64,000 bases of DNA from Strigamia acuminata (lineage: Eukaryota): contig OX442314.1 of assembly GCA_949358305.1 (NCBI GenBank), positions 29,140,001 through 29,204,000 of the forward strand, in the 5' to 3' direction. The first letter of the stretch is position 1; each line of letters starts with the position of its first letter. Made by a program: the position numbers and the translations under genes. A model generated the notes under the pieces. It did no database searches. It was not told where the DNA came from and saw only the letters and a program-made list of their open reading frames with translations. Of the stretch, positions 31,346-44,999 are shown piece after piece.

Positions 31346-31951
31346 ATGTCGAGGAGAAATTCAAAGGATCCTGGTCTCGACACATTCCTATCCGGTCTAA
31401 GCAAGGGAATTATCATGGATTTGAACCGCAACAAGCGCAAAAACGGCGCCAGAGACCACGAGCCGAGCGAATTCTCGCAGCAATCCATTCTGAGCGGCAT
31501 GGACCGCTTCGTGCAGGCTGTGAATAATATGGGTGACGTCATAATGATCCCCAGCAGGCTTCTCGATATGAAGGGTGGGAATGATGGCGGGGATAGTTCC
31601 GCCATTGTGATTCCCAGCGCCGTGGCGAATTCGGATTTGTACAGTTTCTATAACATGTTGAATTCGGTGAAGACGGAGCTGATTTGGGGCGCAGCCAATG
31701 GGCGTAAAGAGAGGTGTGATGGACATGGAAGACGGATGTCGACGGTTTCGACGTGTTCGGACTCTGATGTTGAGTCGGAATCGAGCGCGGAGTTCGATTC
31801 TGGTCTGGAATGTGACGAGCAATCGGCGCGGATTGCGGGGAAGTTTCGACGCCATTTGTCCGGACTTTTTCATTCGTTGCATAAATTGACTGAGTCTGCG
31901 GATTATTTGACGAGCAGATATCAAAAGGAAGTTGGTGGAACCTTGGACTAG
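31346..31951 (+). CDS. MID1IP1: Spot14/MID1-interacting protein 1 family
   Basis: Family motifs SILSGMDRFVQAVNNMGDVIMIPSRLLD, DLYSFYNMLNSVKTEL and FRRHLSGLFHSLHKLTESADYLTSRYQKEVG; intronless. Confidence 0.93.
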   Translation: MSRRNSKDPGLDTFLSGLSKGIIMDLNRNKRKNGARDHEPSEFSQQSILSGMDRFVQAVNNMGDVIMIPSRLLDMKGGNDGGDSSAIVIPSAVANSDLYSFYNMLNSVKTELIWGAANGRKERCDGHGRRMSTVSTCSDSDVESESSAEFDSGLECDEQSARIAGKFRRHLSGLFHSLHKLTESADYLTSRYQKEVGGTLD

Positions 31952-34668
31952 GGGTTGTTGGGGAGTTTATTTATTGTTAGATTTTTTTTTTTTTTTTTTT
32001 TTAATTTTTGTTTTGTTTCTGGATGTGCTGCTGGTGATTTTTCTTGTAATTTGTTGTTTGATGTTGATGAATTGAAGTGATTTGATATTTTTATTTCAAT
32101 TTTTTGTAGTTGTAAATAAATTGGTGAGTTAAGAGGTTAGGAAATGTAGATTGGGGTTGTGTTGTCATTTAATAACGTATTTCAAAAACTTTTAGTTAAA
32201 AATTAAAATTATACAAAATACTTTTGTTTATTTTTATTTTATTTTATTTTATTTTATAACAGTACAAAAATAAATTCAATTCTGTTTTTTCACGATTTAA
32301 AAAAATGCCTTTTAAAATTTTAAGGAAATATATTTCCATTAAATACAGTATAATTGTCTACGAAATATTTAGGGGATTCCTCTCGCATGTCTTTTTACAT
32401 TTTTTTTCTTTCATTTTATGGTCTAAATCAGCGGTCAGCAAAAGGCGGACCGCAGAAAATTGAAACTGACAACGGAGACGTTTTAGCGACGATTTTCCCT
32501 CGGTTTCTTTGGTTTATCGGTGTTTTTTTTTTTTTTTTTCTGCTCTTTAGGTTTTATTGGTATTTTTTGGGTTGTGTGTGTTTATTGGGGGGTTTATTTA
32601 GTTTTTAAGTGTTTTTTCCGTTTTCTTAGGTTTTTAAGTGTTTTTTTTCTGGACCTCGATAAAAATTTTCAATAGTATCCGGACCCCACTTAAAATTATA
32701 TTTATTTTGGTCCGAAATTCATTTTTTTGCATCCAAAAATGCATTTTTGCGTGTCCAAAATCAAATATTTAAGAAATCAGAAACATGTAGAAGAAATTGA
32801 CCCGAGTTGTAATTTTAACTCTGCCCACATTGGCAACAGTTTTCGCATGCTGATTGCTGATGCAACATCAACGGTTACATGTCGTCATCCGATAACGCGG
32901 CAATGACAATCTGGAGAAAACCACATTTTGTGTAGGAATTTTTCTCAGCGAATTTTTGTTGTTTAGTCGTTCAAGGAACTGTAAAACATGAAAACGTACC
33001 AAAAATATAGAAATAAAAAAAAAAAATCCCACAAAAGGATTACATTCAAAACGGACTGAATTAAAAATAAACAAAACAACCAAAAAAAAAAAAAGGTTTT
33101 ATGTTTTAACTTTCTCTTTGGCAACAACCAACAAAACTACACACCATGTTGATATTCGTCTATTGCTGATGTGCATGGCAACAACTTATGCTGATGTGCA
33201 TAGCAACAACCAACAAAACCACACCATGTTGTTATTCGTCTGATGTGCATGGCAACAACTTATCTTTTTATTAGCCATACATACAAACAATCTTCTTGAT
33301 AAGATTAAAACGACAACTCTTACCACCCAGTGACATGGTCAAAAAAGGTGAAACAGGAAATTGAAACACACAATATTATATTATAGTTCAACGCTTCTCA
33401 AAGTTCCGGTCCAGCCATCACTTTACCGTTGAAACGCAAAAATTACACGAACTAGCAGAGCAATGTTTAAATAAGATTTGTGCATTGATACTACTTATAT
33501 TTAATCTCGTATTATCCGAACTGCATAAAAATTGGGTTTGTTTTACATAAATATTATCTAGGACCACAGGATTAAGTGTTGCCACTTCCTGTAAGCACAC
33601 GCTTCTTACCCACAATCCCTCAGTTTGCAGTCTAGTGTATTTATGTCTGTGTTATAGGTCATGGTTTGAGAAGTGCTGGATTAGTTGATTTTTTGACCCA
33701 CAGATGGTACCATTCTTCATCCATATTTATTTGGGATGAATGAAACCGGGATTAAATTTTTTTTAAAAATCAATCGTCGTCGAAAGAAACAAATTTATTC
33801 CACCCACATTTTCATCGCGTGTTGTGTTTACATTAACATTTAACACCTACCAATATCTCGCTGTTTTGACACTCATTTCAAGGTCAAGATGGCAGCAACA
33901 ACCATTTAGATGTCATTAATGAATAATGAAAACACGGAAGCAGCGAATTAACCTGCTTGAGAATAAAAAAAAAAAATTTATTTTCCATCGGAAGTGAAAG
34001 AAAGAAAGAAAAAATAAGAACGGGAGGGAAAAATTTATCTCGTTAATTAATCAATCTAGATAAAAATTATACAATGTGAATAAGTAAATTCGATTTCATA
34101 TCCAAATTGGCAAATGATATACAGGTTTTGGGTGTTGCCTGTTATCTATATTACACGTGAATACTGGTTTACTGAAAAACCAAAATAATAAAACACATTT
34201 TTAATCTTTTATTTCTTGTTTACATTTTATAAAAATCTAATTACAGACATTAGCATGCAAAAACGAATACAAAACAACTCTAATCTCCACCATTTATTTA
34301 ATTATCTGAAAGTTATAAGTTACCATGTTTATTCCACACTGAAAACTCCACATCTCCATATGCATTTGGATGTAATGATGAGTCTTCAGGGGGCGTTAGG
34401 AGGAACCCAAGTGATAAGGCCTGAGGAAAAAAGAGTGCATGTATAGCATAGCATGTGGGTTAGACCACTTATAAATGTCTCGAACGGAACCAACTGACCG
34501 ATTCAGTTCTTGCGACCCAGCACACAGTACATGAGATGCTGCAGCTGACCACGTGAGCATCACGCAGACTCTAGCGCGGCACCACAAACAGGTAAACAAT
34601 CTAAACATCCCAAAAAACTCATTAAAAAAACATTTAAAAAATACATCAAATCTTTATTTCTATTTAAG

Positions 34669-37201
34669 ATGGGTTTTCTCTTTTTATTTCTGTGTTTAAT
34701 TCCGGTATCGCAAACCGAAGAATTCGTCGTAAATATCACGAGAAAACTTCCGCTATATCCGCAAACAACGAACGAAGCGCCGTTCACGCAACTAATCAAT
34801 GATCTATTTGCAAATAACGAAACGACAAGTTTATCTCCGGTTGAAACAACGATTTTAACAGCATTGGATGACGCGGATGAGGAAAACATGACCAGTGGGA
34901 CGAGAAAAGGACGATTGGTGAACGGTAATTGGGACATGAGGGAATTGGCCCAGCGATTTCATGACTCTCCCTTGTTCGCATCGGGTTTTCAACCCACCCT
35001 CCCACCGCCCGAGACTGTTATCGCTGCAACAGAGGGGATCTCGATCCCTGCAGTAATGCAATCTGATGTCGACACACACGCAGGAAACTTCGAAGACCGA
35101 ATCCTCGACCCATTTCACCCTGTCAGCAACATTTTCATGAAAGATTCGCCCCGGAAAGGCCCGGAGGTGGGCGAACCGAGTTTGATGTACCTAACTAGTG
35201 TCCCACCACCCCAAAACCAAGAGATGAAGTCCAATTTGGACTCAAATCAAATGGCACTTGCGCAGGCTGCCGTACAAGCAGTAGCACACTCGCTACTGGG
35301 CCAAGTCGGAACCGGACAACAACTAACGCCCGCCGCCATTGAGCAATTTCAAATGCAGAACTCGCAAGTCGTGACGGAAAATTCTCTGTGGAATCAAAAT
35401 CAAGACTTGAATGATAAATTCTTCAAGGGGTTTGATGCGTCGCCCTTACTGGGTGTGAATCCACTATCGATGCCGCCACCGACTGATACTGGAAATAAAA
35501 GATACGGAGGCGTGCAGGAGCCATACCATAAATACCACGATTTGACCTACTCTTATTATGCGCCTCAGCCACCACACCATTACCACCATCCAAAACCATA
35601 TCATAACGAACGTCATGATCACTCAGAGTCCCATCATGACGACAAAAATATTCTTGGTGATGTGAAGGATTTTATCACAGATTTGAAGCGGAATGTGGTC
35701 GGAACTGCGCATCGGTTTGGCGAGAAAGTGGCAAGAATCGCAAAATCCCCTAAAAGCATCATTCCAGCTGCGACGACGCTATTGGTCGGCGGGTTAGCGT
35801 TGAAACTTCTGACGTCACAAGGCTCACGAAACAACTTTGGGAATAACAGTTCGCCGCTGTTTACATTCGGTCGGAGGAAGCGGAGTGATTATTTCATGTC
35901 TGACTCCGTTAAGGGGAAACCAGCTCTTGTGAGGAGGAAGAGGCGAGCGCTAAAACATGGAATGAATTTAGTTTTAGAGTTTCAACCGGAAAAGCATAGA
36001 ATTAATAAAAGAGATGTGGCGAGGGCAAATGGAAGTTCAAACGGATCGTCTTCAGTTTCGAGTCGGACGGATCGGGCATTAGATGGGACATTTACGGAAG
36101 ATGAATTGAATAGTTTGGTTACCCGGTTGGATCCTGTTCAAAAACAGTTCCTGCAGAAGTTGCAGTGGTATGGGTTTGACCGTTGGAAGGAAATGCCGTG
36201 TGCAAAATTCATCTTATGTGATGTCATAGTTCATTCGGATTATCAACATATTTATGACTTGAAAAGGCGCATCGGCCTCTTTCTTTCACTGTAAGTATTA
36301 AAAGTGGATTACTCTGATTATTTTATCAAAATAATATCGAATCGGTTCATCTCTGTCTATTAATCGCGTTCAATAAACTTGTCAATTCTATTTTTGACCT
36401 CAATGGATCCTGAATCTTCTTACGTTCATTTTGGGTAATGCTAAAAGGCGAATTCCTAACTTCTTTCATTTTTTTATTTATTGTGAATCCTTTTCTTCAC
36501 TTGACCGAACCAATTGAATGATCTATTGATCAATAAGTTTTTATTTATTATTATCTTACGCTTTAGTTATAAACTATGGACTCAAATTTTTGAATATAGA
36601 ATAAAAATTTAGCTTTGTTATTAATAAAACCTGATTCACTGACTCACTAAAGACTGAAGTTTGGAACTTACCTTTGATGGCAACTTTCAGGAAATAAACG
36701 AATAAATGGGACACTATAGCTGGATTTCACGCTGATGTAATTTAATGGTCACCTTGAATCAAGGTTTAAGTAGATTGGAGCGCATTCGGCTCCGCCAAGC
36801 CTGAAAATTAATATTTACATTACAATCCGCCCCTCTTTGACTCATTTACCTTACAATAAAGACTTGAAAATCCTCTTAGGAAATGTTTTACTTCCCTAAA
36901 AAGTGTTTCATTTGATTTATATTTATTTTATTATTATTTATTTAGAATGGACGACAATTCAGCTCGAAAAGTTGAAGTTATGATCAAGGATCTCGTCTTG
37001 GCCATCGAGTCACGTGATTGCTCACCATTTTTCTGCCCACATGAGAACATGCATGCACTTTTGTCAGTGATGCCACCCATCCATCCACTTCCGCCGCCGC
37101 CAGTTGCAGTCCCTTATCCAATGTGGAGTAATCACTTGCCGCCAAGTTATCAGCATCCATATGCATTTCCTAAGTCGAGTAGTAGTTCCGATTCAACCTA
37201 A
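34669..37201 (+). CDS. Two-exon secreted/proprotein-like gene (exon 1 34669-~36290, exon 2 ~36946-37201), unknown function
   Basis: N-terminal signal peptide MGFLFLFLCLIPVSQT, His/Pro-rich stretch, hydrophobic segment, multibasic sites (GRRKR, RRKRR, KR) and C-terminal Cys motifs (CAKFILCD..DCSPFFC). Donor GTAAGT at 36291; acceptor tttag at ~36946. Confidence 0.7.
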
Positions 37202-38313
37202 CACTAACTGCATTCAAAAACTAAAATATTTTGTGTTTTACTTCAATTTTAAACCAAAAATGACATCATTTCCTGTTTAAACCCATGAAAAAACTTAAAA
37301 TACACTTAAACTAAAATTGTTATTTTTATTTTTGAATGCAGCTACTATCATTTGTGCGATGTATTATAAGACAAAAATATTTAAAAATCTCCGCTGGACG
37401 TTGAATCCAAAGACATTTATTCTGATATTTTGATATTTTGATATTGTATTAGTGTATTTATATATTTTATTGGTGGGCTGGAACCCGAAAACCAAAAGAA
37501 AATAAATCTTTTTATATTCAAATCAAATTTTGAAATTTTTTTATTACAACACAGCGCCACCTACGGACAATATTATAAAGGTGTGTATCGTGTTTCTACA
37601 TATGAAAAGTATTACATTAACTTTTCTATTTTTATAGTTTTGTTTTCGTATCTGAAAGGAAAAAATAATAATTAATGTTTTGGTTTTTATTTATTACTTT
37701 TTCAAAAGAATTTTAATTACGAGTTCACCTAGTGGAACTAATTGGTGTGTTCGCGTCAATTGTTTCTGAACAGTTCCAAGCCCCACCAAAGCGAAAATGC
37801 GGAAGCCATGAGGATGACGCAGGTTACTTGTAATAACATTCCGTAATACAACGACGTCTCGATATTCACCATCCTAATAAAACTTATAAATCTTGATTTC
37901 CGTTCGACACAAAGAGTTACAAAACGCCATATCCACGCACCAGGTCTTACAAACGGCAATTAACTCCACAAAACATGTCGTCATATCCTCTCAACCCTTT
38001 TCAGTGGTATTGAGCGATTATTACGTCATTAATGTGCTCTGTGCAAAATTCAAAACAGGAAAACCGTCAACTAATCTGGTCTTGGCGAGATGGTCGCTAC
38101 TCTTAATCTCATCTATCAACATTCCCATATGTCAGATTACAACGATTATTTCATGTTCAATGCGGTTTTTGTGTTAAAAAAAATGCGCAGTGATGGAAAC
38201 GTAATTTGAAATTCGAAACGAAAAGGTCGGTACCCGAAAATATTAAAAAAAACAATGAAAATTTCGTTGAATTTTGCGATTAATTTGTTGAAATCGTTTA
38301 GAAAAAAATAGAA

Positions 38314-41300
38314 ATGGACGGGAGACAAGCACGGGATGGAGAGAAAGTAAGCCTAAGTCAATCTAACAACGTGGAGAAACAATTGTCCGAACTGATCCAC
38401 AACCTGGAAGCAAAAACGACGGAAATCGCGCAACTCAAGCTCGAATTAAAGAAATACAGGGTAAAAACGTTAAAATAACGTTTAAAAAACGTTTAAAAAC
38501 GTTAATTTGTTGTCGTGAATCATTAGGAAGAAGATGAATCGGGTTTGGCGTACGATTCCAAGTATCTGGCGAATGATTTGAAGTTTGGGATGTTGATAAA
38601 TCCCGAAGCATTTTCGGACGACGAAAAGCAAATGCTTCTTCAAGCTGGGAATAGTTCCAGCCATCCAGATTTTTCTGATGTTAGTTAGTGATAATTTTTA
38701 TGGGAAAAATAGGTTTTGATTATTATTTTTGTTTGTTTTGGATTTGGTTTAGGCCGGCATGCGCAATCAGAGTGCAAAATGCGATTCAACAGCTGAAGAT
38801 CTGGCTGAAACATTGGAGTGCATTTTGCCATCGTGCGACTGGGACAAACAAAGTAACAGCAGCATTAGCGAAATGTCTGTCGCTTGTTTGCAAGATCGCA
38901 TATTGCAAATGGAGGAAACACATTACAGGTGATTTTTGGTTTTGATTTTGATTGTTTTTATTCGTTTTGAAAGTAATAAATATACCGGTAAGCCCGTATG
39001 GTAGCGCGTACAACGCCCAACACTTGGTTTTAATGAATTTGTTTGGAATTTATGGAAATTGATTGGTTTTGATGGAATTTTATTACATTTGGATTGAATT
39101 ACGTTGGAATTTAATTGGATTTGATTAAATTTTGATGGAATTGCATTGAATTGTATTGAATTTTGACTGAATTTCATTGAATTTTGACTAAATTTTATTG
39201 AATTTTGACTGAATTTTATTGAATTTTGACTGAATTTCATTGAATTTCATCGAATTTTGACTGAATTTCATTGAATTTCATCGAATTTTGACTGAATTTT
39301 ATTGAATTTCATCGAATTTTGACTGAATTTCATTGAATTTCATCGAATTTTGACTGAATTTTATTGAATTTTGACTGAATTTTATTGAATTTTGACTGAA
39401 TTTCATTGAATTTTGGCTCCATTTTATTGCATTATGTGGCATTTTATTGCATTAATATTGAATAATTAATCGGAATTTGTGTGATTTTTTCATCATTTCT
39501 AATGATTTTTTCAGTTTTGACTGAATTTTATAGAATTTTGACTGAGATTTATTGAATTTAATACATTTTGATTGAATTTCAGTACAAACGAGGAACTTCA
39601 GGCAACTCTTCAGGAATTAACAGATCTGCAAGATCAGCTGACGGAATTGCAAGCGGAAAACGAGCATCTGGCTGAAGGAAAAACTGTTTTGTTGGAATCC
39701 CTTTGCAGTCAAACAGAAAAACTCGAGGATTGTCGCGTCGAAAACGATAATTTGAGGCAATTGCTTTTCAACAACTCCCAACTCACGTCCTGCGACCGAG
39801 ACGCAAAGTTACTCGAACTATTAAAAGTAAAAAAAAAACAAAACAAACCAAATAAATCTTTCCCCAACATTTATTTACTCACACTTTCCAGACTTCCAGG
39901 GATGAGAAGGAAACGCTGAATTCACAGTTGATCGAGTTAAGGTCAGCGCTCGAAAATGTCAAAGATGAAGCACATGGGTACCGCGAGGAAGTGGCGCAGC
40001 TACAGGAACAATTGACCGTTATGCAGTTAAATATCGAGAGCGCCAACACCGCCAAACGGATGTTGGCGAAACAATCGACCGAAAGTCGGGAACAGCTCGA
40101 TAATTTGCAGATTGAAGTGTCCAGGACGAAAACTCAGTTGGAGAATGAGAGAATTAAGGTTTATTTTTTGGTTTTTTGGTTTAAATTAGAGGATTTTTTG
40201 GGTTTTTTTGTTTGATTTTTGATTGTTTTAGGTGTCGGAGCTCAACCAGGCACGGGAGATTGTCGATAAAAGTGAATTGGACGAACTCCTTGACAACGCA
40301 CGAAAAGAAAAAGATGATTTAGAATCACACGCAGCTGTTTTGTCAGAGCAACTTGCTTTTAGTCAATTTGAAACGACCAGGTTGAAAGATGCGATGGTTA
40401 ATATTGAAGAGGAATTGAAGGTGATTTTACGGTGGTGTAATTATGAGTTATTGATGTGTTTTGAGAAATTTTGGAATTTTTTGATCAATAATTTCGGAAT
40501 TTAGAGAAATGTGACGATGTTTTTGATTAAATTTGTTAAATTGATGATAAATTTCGACAGAATTTGATAAATTGATGATAAATTTTGACGGAATTTGAAT
40601 AACTTTTGATAAATTTTGATGGAATTTGACAGAAATTGAATAATTTTTGATAAATTATTGGTGAATTTTGACAGAAATTGTCAAAATTTGACATAATTTG
40701 AATAGTTTTTGACAGAAATTGTCAAAATTGGACATAATTTGAATATTTTTTGACAGAAATTGTCAAAATTTGACATAATTTGAATAGTTTTTGACACAAT
40801 TTAAACAACTTTTGATAGTTTTAGACAGAAATTGTCAAAATTTGACATAATTTGAATAGTTTTTGACACAATTTAAATAACGTTTGATAGTTTTAGACAA
40901 AATTTGACAATATTTTGATCAATTTTGCTCAACTTAAGCAAATTTAAAACATTTTTGAATTAAAGAAAAAAAAATTTAACATATTCGCCATAAATTTACA
41001 TCAACGAGCAAATTATTTACTAATTAAAAAAAATATTTGTAGGCTACAAAAGACATCGCCAAAAGAGATGTGACCGAGATGGAATTTCAAATTGACCAAT
41101 TGAACGCTGAGAAAGATAAATTATCAGTCGAAGTGGGTGTGTTTAGGGAATCTGTTCATGAGTTGGAAAGGAAATGTCAACGTCACTTAGAGGACAAGCG
41201 CGAACTGCGAGCCACCATTTGCGAGTTGAAACAAAAAGCCGAAAAATCCGCCGAAGAAGTTGCCAACATTGAGAAACGATTCGAGGAAGCGGTCGCCGCT

Positions 41301-44210
41301 CATCAGCTTGAAGTACGAAAACCCTTTGTTCGTTCATTCATTTTCCACGTTTTCTTATTGACGTTTGATTCAGATTCAAGAATGGAAACAGTTTCAAGAA
41401 GATTTATTGATGACCGTCCGAGTTGCGAATGATTTTAAAGCCGAAGCTCAGGAGGAATTGGAGGCGCTGGCTTTGGAGAATAAAAATTTGAGAGAGAAAA
41501 TTGCTAGTCTGAATTCGGAATTGGAAAAAAATAAGGTAAACGAGTGAGGTTTGTTTGAGAAAAAGATTGGTAGCAACAGCTTTGTATAATCGTCATTTTA
41601 TTGTTTAAAATTTTTAGGGGTAAATTGTTAAAGATCGATTTTCTTTGCTAAATTGGAAAATAACGATTTTCTTTGCTAAAACGTTAAAAAATAACGAATT
41701 TCTTTGCTAAAACATTAAAAAATAACTATTTTCTTTGCTAAAATGGAAAAAAAATAACGATTTTCTTTGCTAAAACGTTAAAAAATAACGATTTTCTTTG
41801 CTAAAATGGAAAAAAATAACGATTTTCTGTGCTAAAACGTTAAAAAATAACGATTTTCTTTGCTAAAACGTTAAAAAATAACTTTTTTTGCTAAAACGTT
41901 AAAAGATAACTATTTTATTTGCTAAAATGGAAAAAGTAGCGATTTTCTTTGCAAAAACGTTAAAAAAAATAGCGATTTACGTGAGCAAATCGTTAAAAAT
42001 GGCGATTTACGTGAGCAAATCGTTAAAAATGGCGATTTTTACAATTTCTAGCGTAAAAAATGGCGATTTTTACAATTTCTAGCGTTAAAAATGGCGATTT
42101 TTACAATTTCCAGCGTAAAAAATGGCGATTTTTACAATTTCTAGCGTTAAAAATGGCGATTTTCACAATTTCTAGCGTAAAAAATGGCGATTTTTACAAT
42201 TTCTAGCGTTAAAAATGGCGATTTTCACAATTTCTAGCGTTAAAAATGGCGATTTTTACAATTTCTAGCGTTAAAAATGGCGATTTTTACAATTTCTAGC
42301 GTTAAAAATGGCGATTTTTACAATTTCTAGCGTTAAAAATGGCGATTTTTACAATTTCTAGCGTTAAAAATGGCGATTTTTACAAATTCTAGCGTTAAAA
42401 TGGCGATTTTTACAAATTCTAGTGTTAAAATGGCGATTTTTACAATTTCTAGCGTTAAAAATGGCGATTTTTACAATTTCTAGCGTTAAAAATGGCGATT
42501 TTTACAATTTCTAGCGTTAAAAATGGCGATTTTTACAAATTCTAGCGTTAAAATGGCGATTTTTACAAATTCTAGTGTTAAAATGGCGATTTTTACAATT
42601 TCTAGCGTTAAAATTGAATTTCAATTTCAAAACAGAACCCTCCTCAACGTCGAAACGTGCAGTCGACAACGATCGAAAACCTTATCACAAGCAACCCCGA
42701 ACAAGAACTTTCCTTACCGCCGAGCACCACTCGCCGAGAATCTCGGCCGTTGAGCGTCAGCGTAAAAAGCGTCATCGAATCGATCGAAAACGCCACCAAA
42801 CAAGCCAAAGCGAATAACTGCGTCAACAAACAAAACTCAACCGAGAAAAACGGAACAACCGTTACAAACCCAACAGAAACGACCGAAGTAAACAAAAAAA
42901 ACGAAATAACGCATTTATTTATCTTAATTTCCTCGTTTCTCAGTCATTTAAGGTCACAACAGAGACGACTAAAGAGGCTCAGTACGTCGCAAACGATACG
43001 TCTAAATATTACAGTAAAATAGCGGCGAGTAAACAGACTCCGGAGTCGAAATCGATGCGAATAACCGACATTCCAAGCGCTCAGGACACGACTGACGGCA
43101 TAAAGCATTCTAGTCCCATTTCTATTTTAACCAATAAACTCGAGCCGATGAGACGAGGCAGCTACAGTGATATTTTGGATCGCAAGGATCCGCTCGTGTC
43201 GTTGGTCAGAGGCGGCGGTTCGAAACGAAATGCTTTGCTAAAATGGTGTCAGAATACAACTGTCGGATATAAGGTGAAAATTTTGTGTTCTTAGTTTGAT
43301 TTGGTTTTGATTTTTGTGTTTTAATGTTATTGTTTTTAGGGGATTGATATAACGAATTTCAGCAGTAGTTGGAATGATGGTCTTGCTTTTTGTGCTTTGT
43401 TGCATACGTATTTGCCGGATAGGATTTCGTACGATGAATTGGATGCTAAGAATAAGGTAAGAAGGAATTAAACAATGGGAAAGGTCAGTTTTTAGTTGGA
43501 AATGAAGAGAAAACAATGAGAATGGTCGTTTTTTAATGGAAAGTGATGAGAAAAGATTGGAATTGATCATTTTTAAGTGGAAAATGATGATTAAACAGGG
43601 GAATTGTAATTTTTTAATGGAAAATGATGAGAAAACAATGGGAATAGATATTTTTTAATGGAAAATGGTGATTAAATAATGGGAATGGTCATTTTTTAAT
43701 GGAAAATGATAATTAAACAATAAAATTGGTCATTTTTTCATGTGAAATAGTGAAAAAACAATGTAAATTGTCATTTTTTAGTTGGAAATGAAGAGAAAAC
43801 AATGGGAATTGTCGATTTTTAATGGAAAGTGATGAGAAAACAATGAAATTGGTCATTTTTAAATGGTGATTACACGTGGGAATCGTCATTTATTGATGGA
43901 AAATGATGAGAAAACAATGGGAATAGTCAATTTTTAATGGAAAATTATAAATAATTAATAAGATTGGTCATTTTACGTAATTTTAGAGAAGAAACTTCAC
44001 CGTCGCATTCCGAGCTGCAGAATCCGTAGGCATTCCATGCAATCTGGTAATTAATTTTTAATTCAACTTAATTTTATTTTTGGCTTAGTAGTCAAATATT
44101 AATATTTTTCTTTTGTGCAGAATATAAACGACATGATAACGACCGAACGTCCCGATTGGCAAGCTATCATGACCTACGTTACCGCTATTTATAAACATTT
44201 TGAAACGTAA
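38314..44210 (+). CDS. SPECC1L: Cytospin-A / SPECC1L (coiled-coil plus C-terminal calponin-homology domain), multi-exon; upstream exons possible
   Basis: Exons encode [85 protein letters not shown] and [21 protein letters not shown]. Confidence 0.93.
39130..39420. repeat. Intronic minisatellite (ttgaattttgactgaattt[ct]a-type units)
   Basis: Visible tandem repeats. Confidence 0.85.
41640..42612. repeat. Intronic minisatellite (~30-31-bp units, aaaaatggcgatttttacaatttctagcgtt and related)
   Basis: Many near-perfect tandem copies. Confidence 0.92.
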
Positions 44211-44999
44211 GCGAGTGGAATATTTAAAAAGGAAAAAAAAATAATAATAATAAATGCGTCGTTTTGATTTTTATTCCATTTTGCCGCTCATGCTATATTT
44301 CACTAATGTTTACAAATTTCATCATTTTGACAGAAGCACTTTTACAGTGGCAATTTTTGAATCTATATTTCGGCAAATTGTACAGTTTTTGCTACAATAT
44401 TTATAACAACAACAATAATAATTAAATAATAAGTTGCACGTCTCAAACTACTTCCTCGGATTACGCCGCGGTCAATTCAATTCCTTTGTATTTGCTACCT
44501 GGATCTTTTAAAATTAAAAAAGAAATGAACAATTTTTTATACGAAAATTACAATTTTTAAATTCATTTGTTAAATATTTTCTAATGTTTTCTTTTTTTTA
44601 AAAACAAAAATTTAAATTTAATATTTTTTCGTTTTGAATTTAAATTGAAATTTTAAAAAAATTATTTTCTATTTAATTCCGTTGTAAATATGAAGTAAGT
44701 TATTTTTATATTTGCTTCTAATAATGTTTTGTATTATTGGATAAATGTAAACAATAATAATAATAATAATAATAATAATGTGTTGCTGCTGTTGCAATAA
44801 AGTAATGCGAAGTGCAGATATTAAACGGAGTGGTTTGTGTTCGGAAATTGGGCGCCAAAACAAAACGGAAACATGTTTGAACAACTCTTTTCCTGGGTGT
44901 TTTTAGACGCACAAGGCCACGAAGGAGAAACCACACACGATGTAAGACCAAAAATTGTGTTTAAAAATTGGTTTTCTAAACATTTTAGACCGTTTTACA

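Noticed and set aside
41640..42612. Regular ~31-bp repeats resembling a CRISPR array
   Set aside because: Head-to-tail units with no unique spacers, inside a eukaryotic intron; no cas genes. It is a minisatellite.
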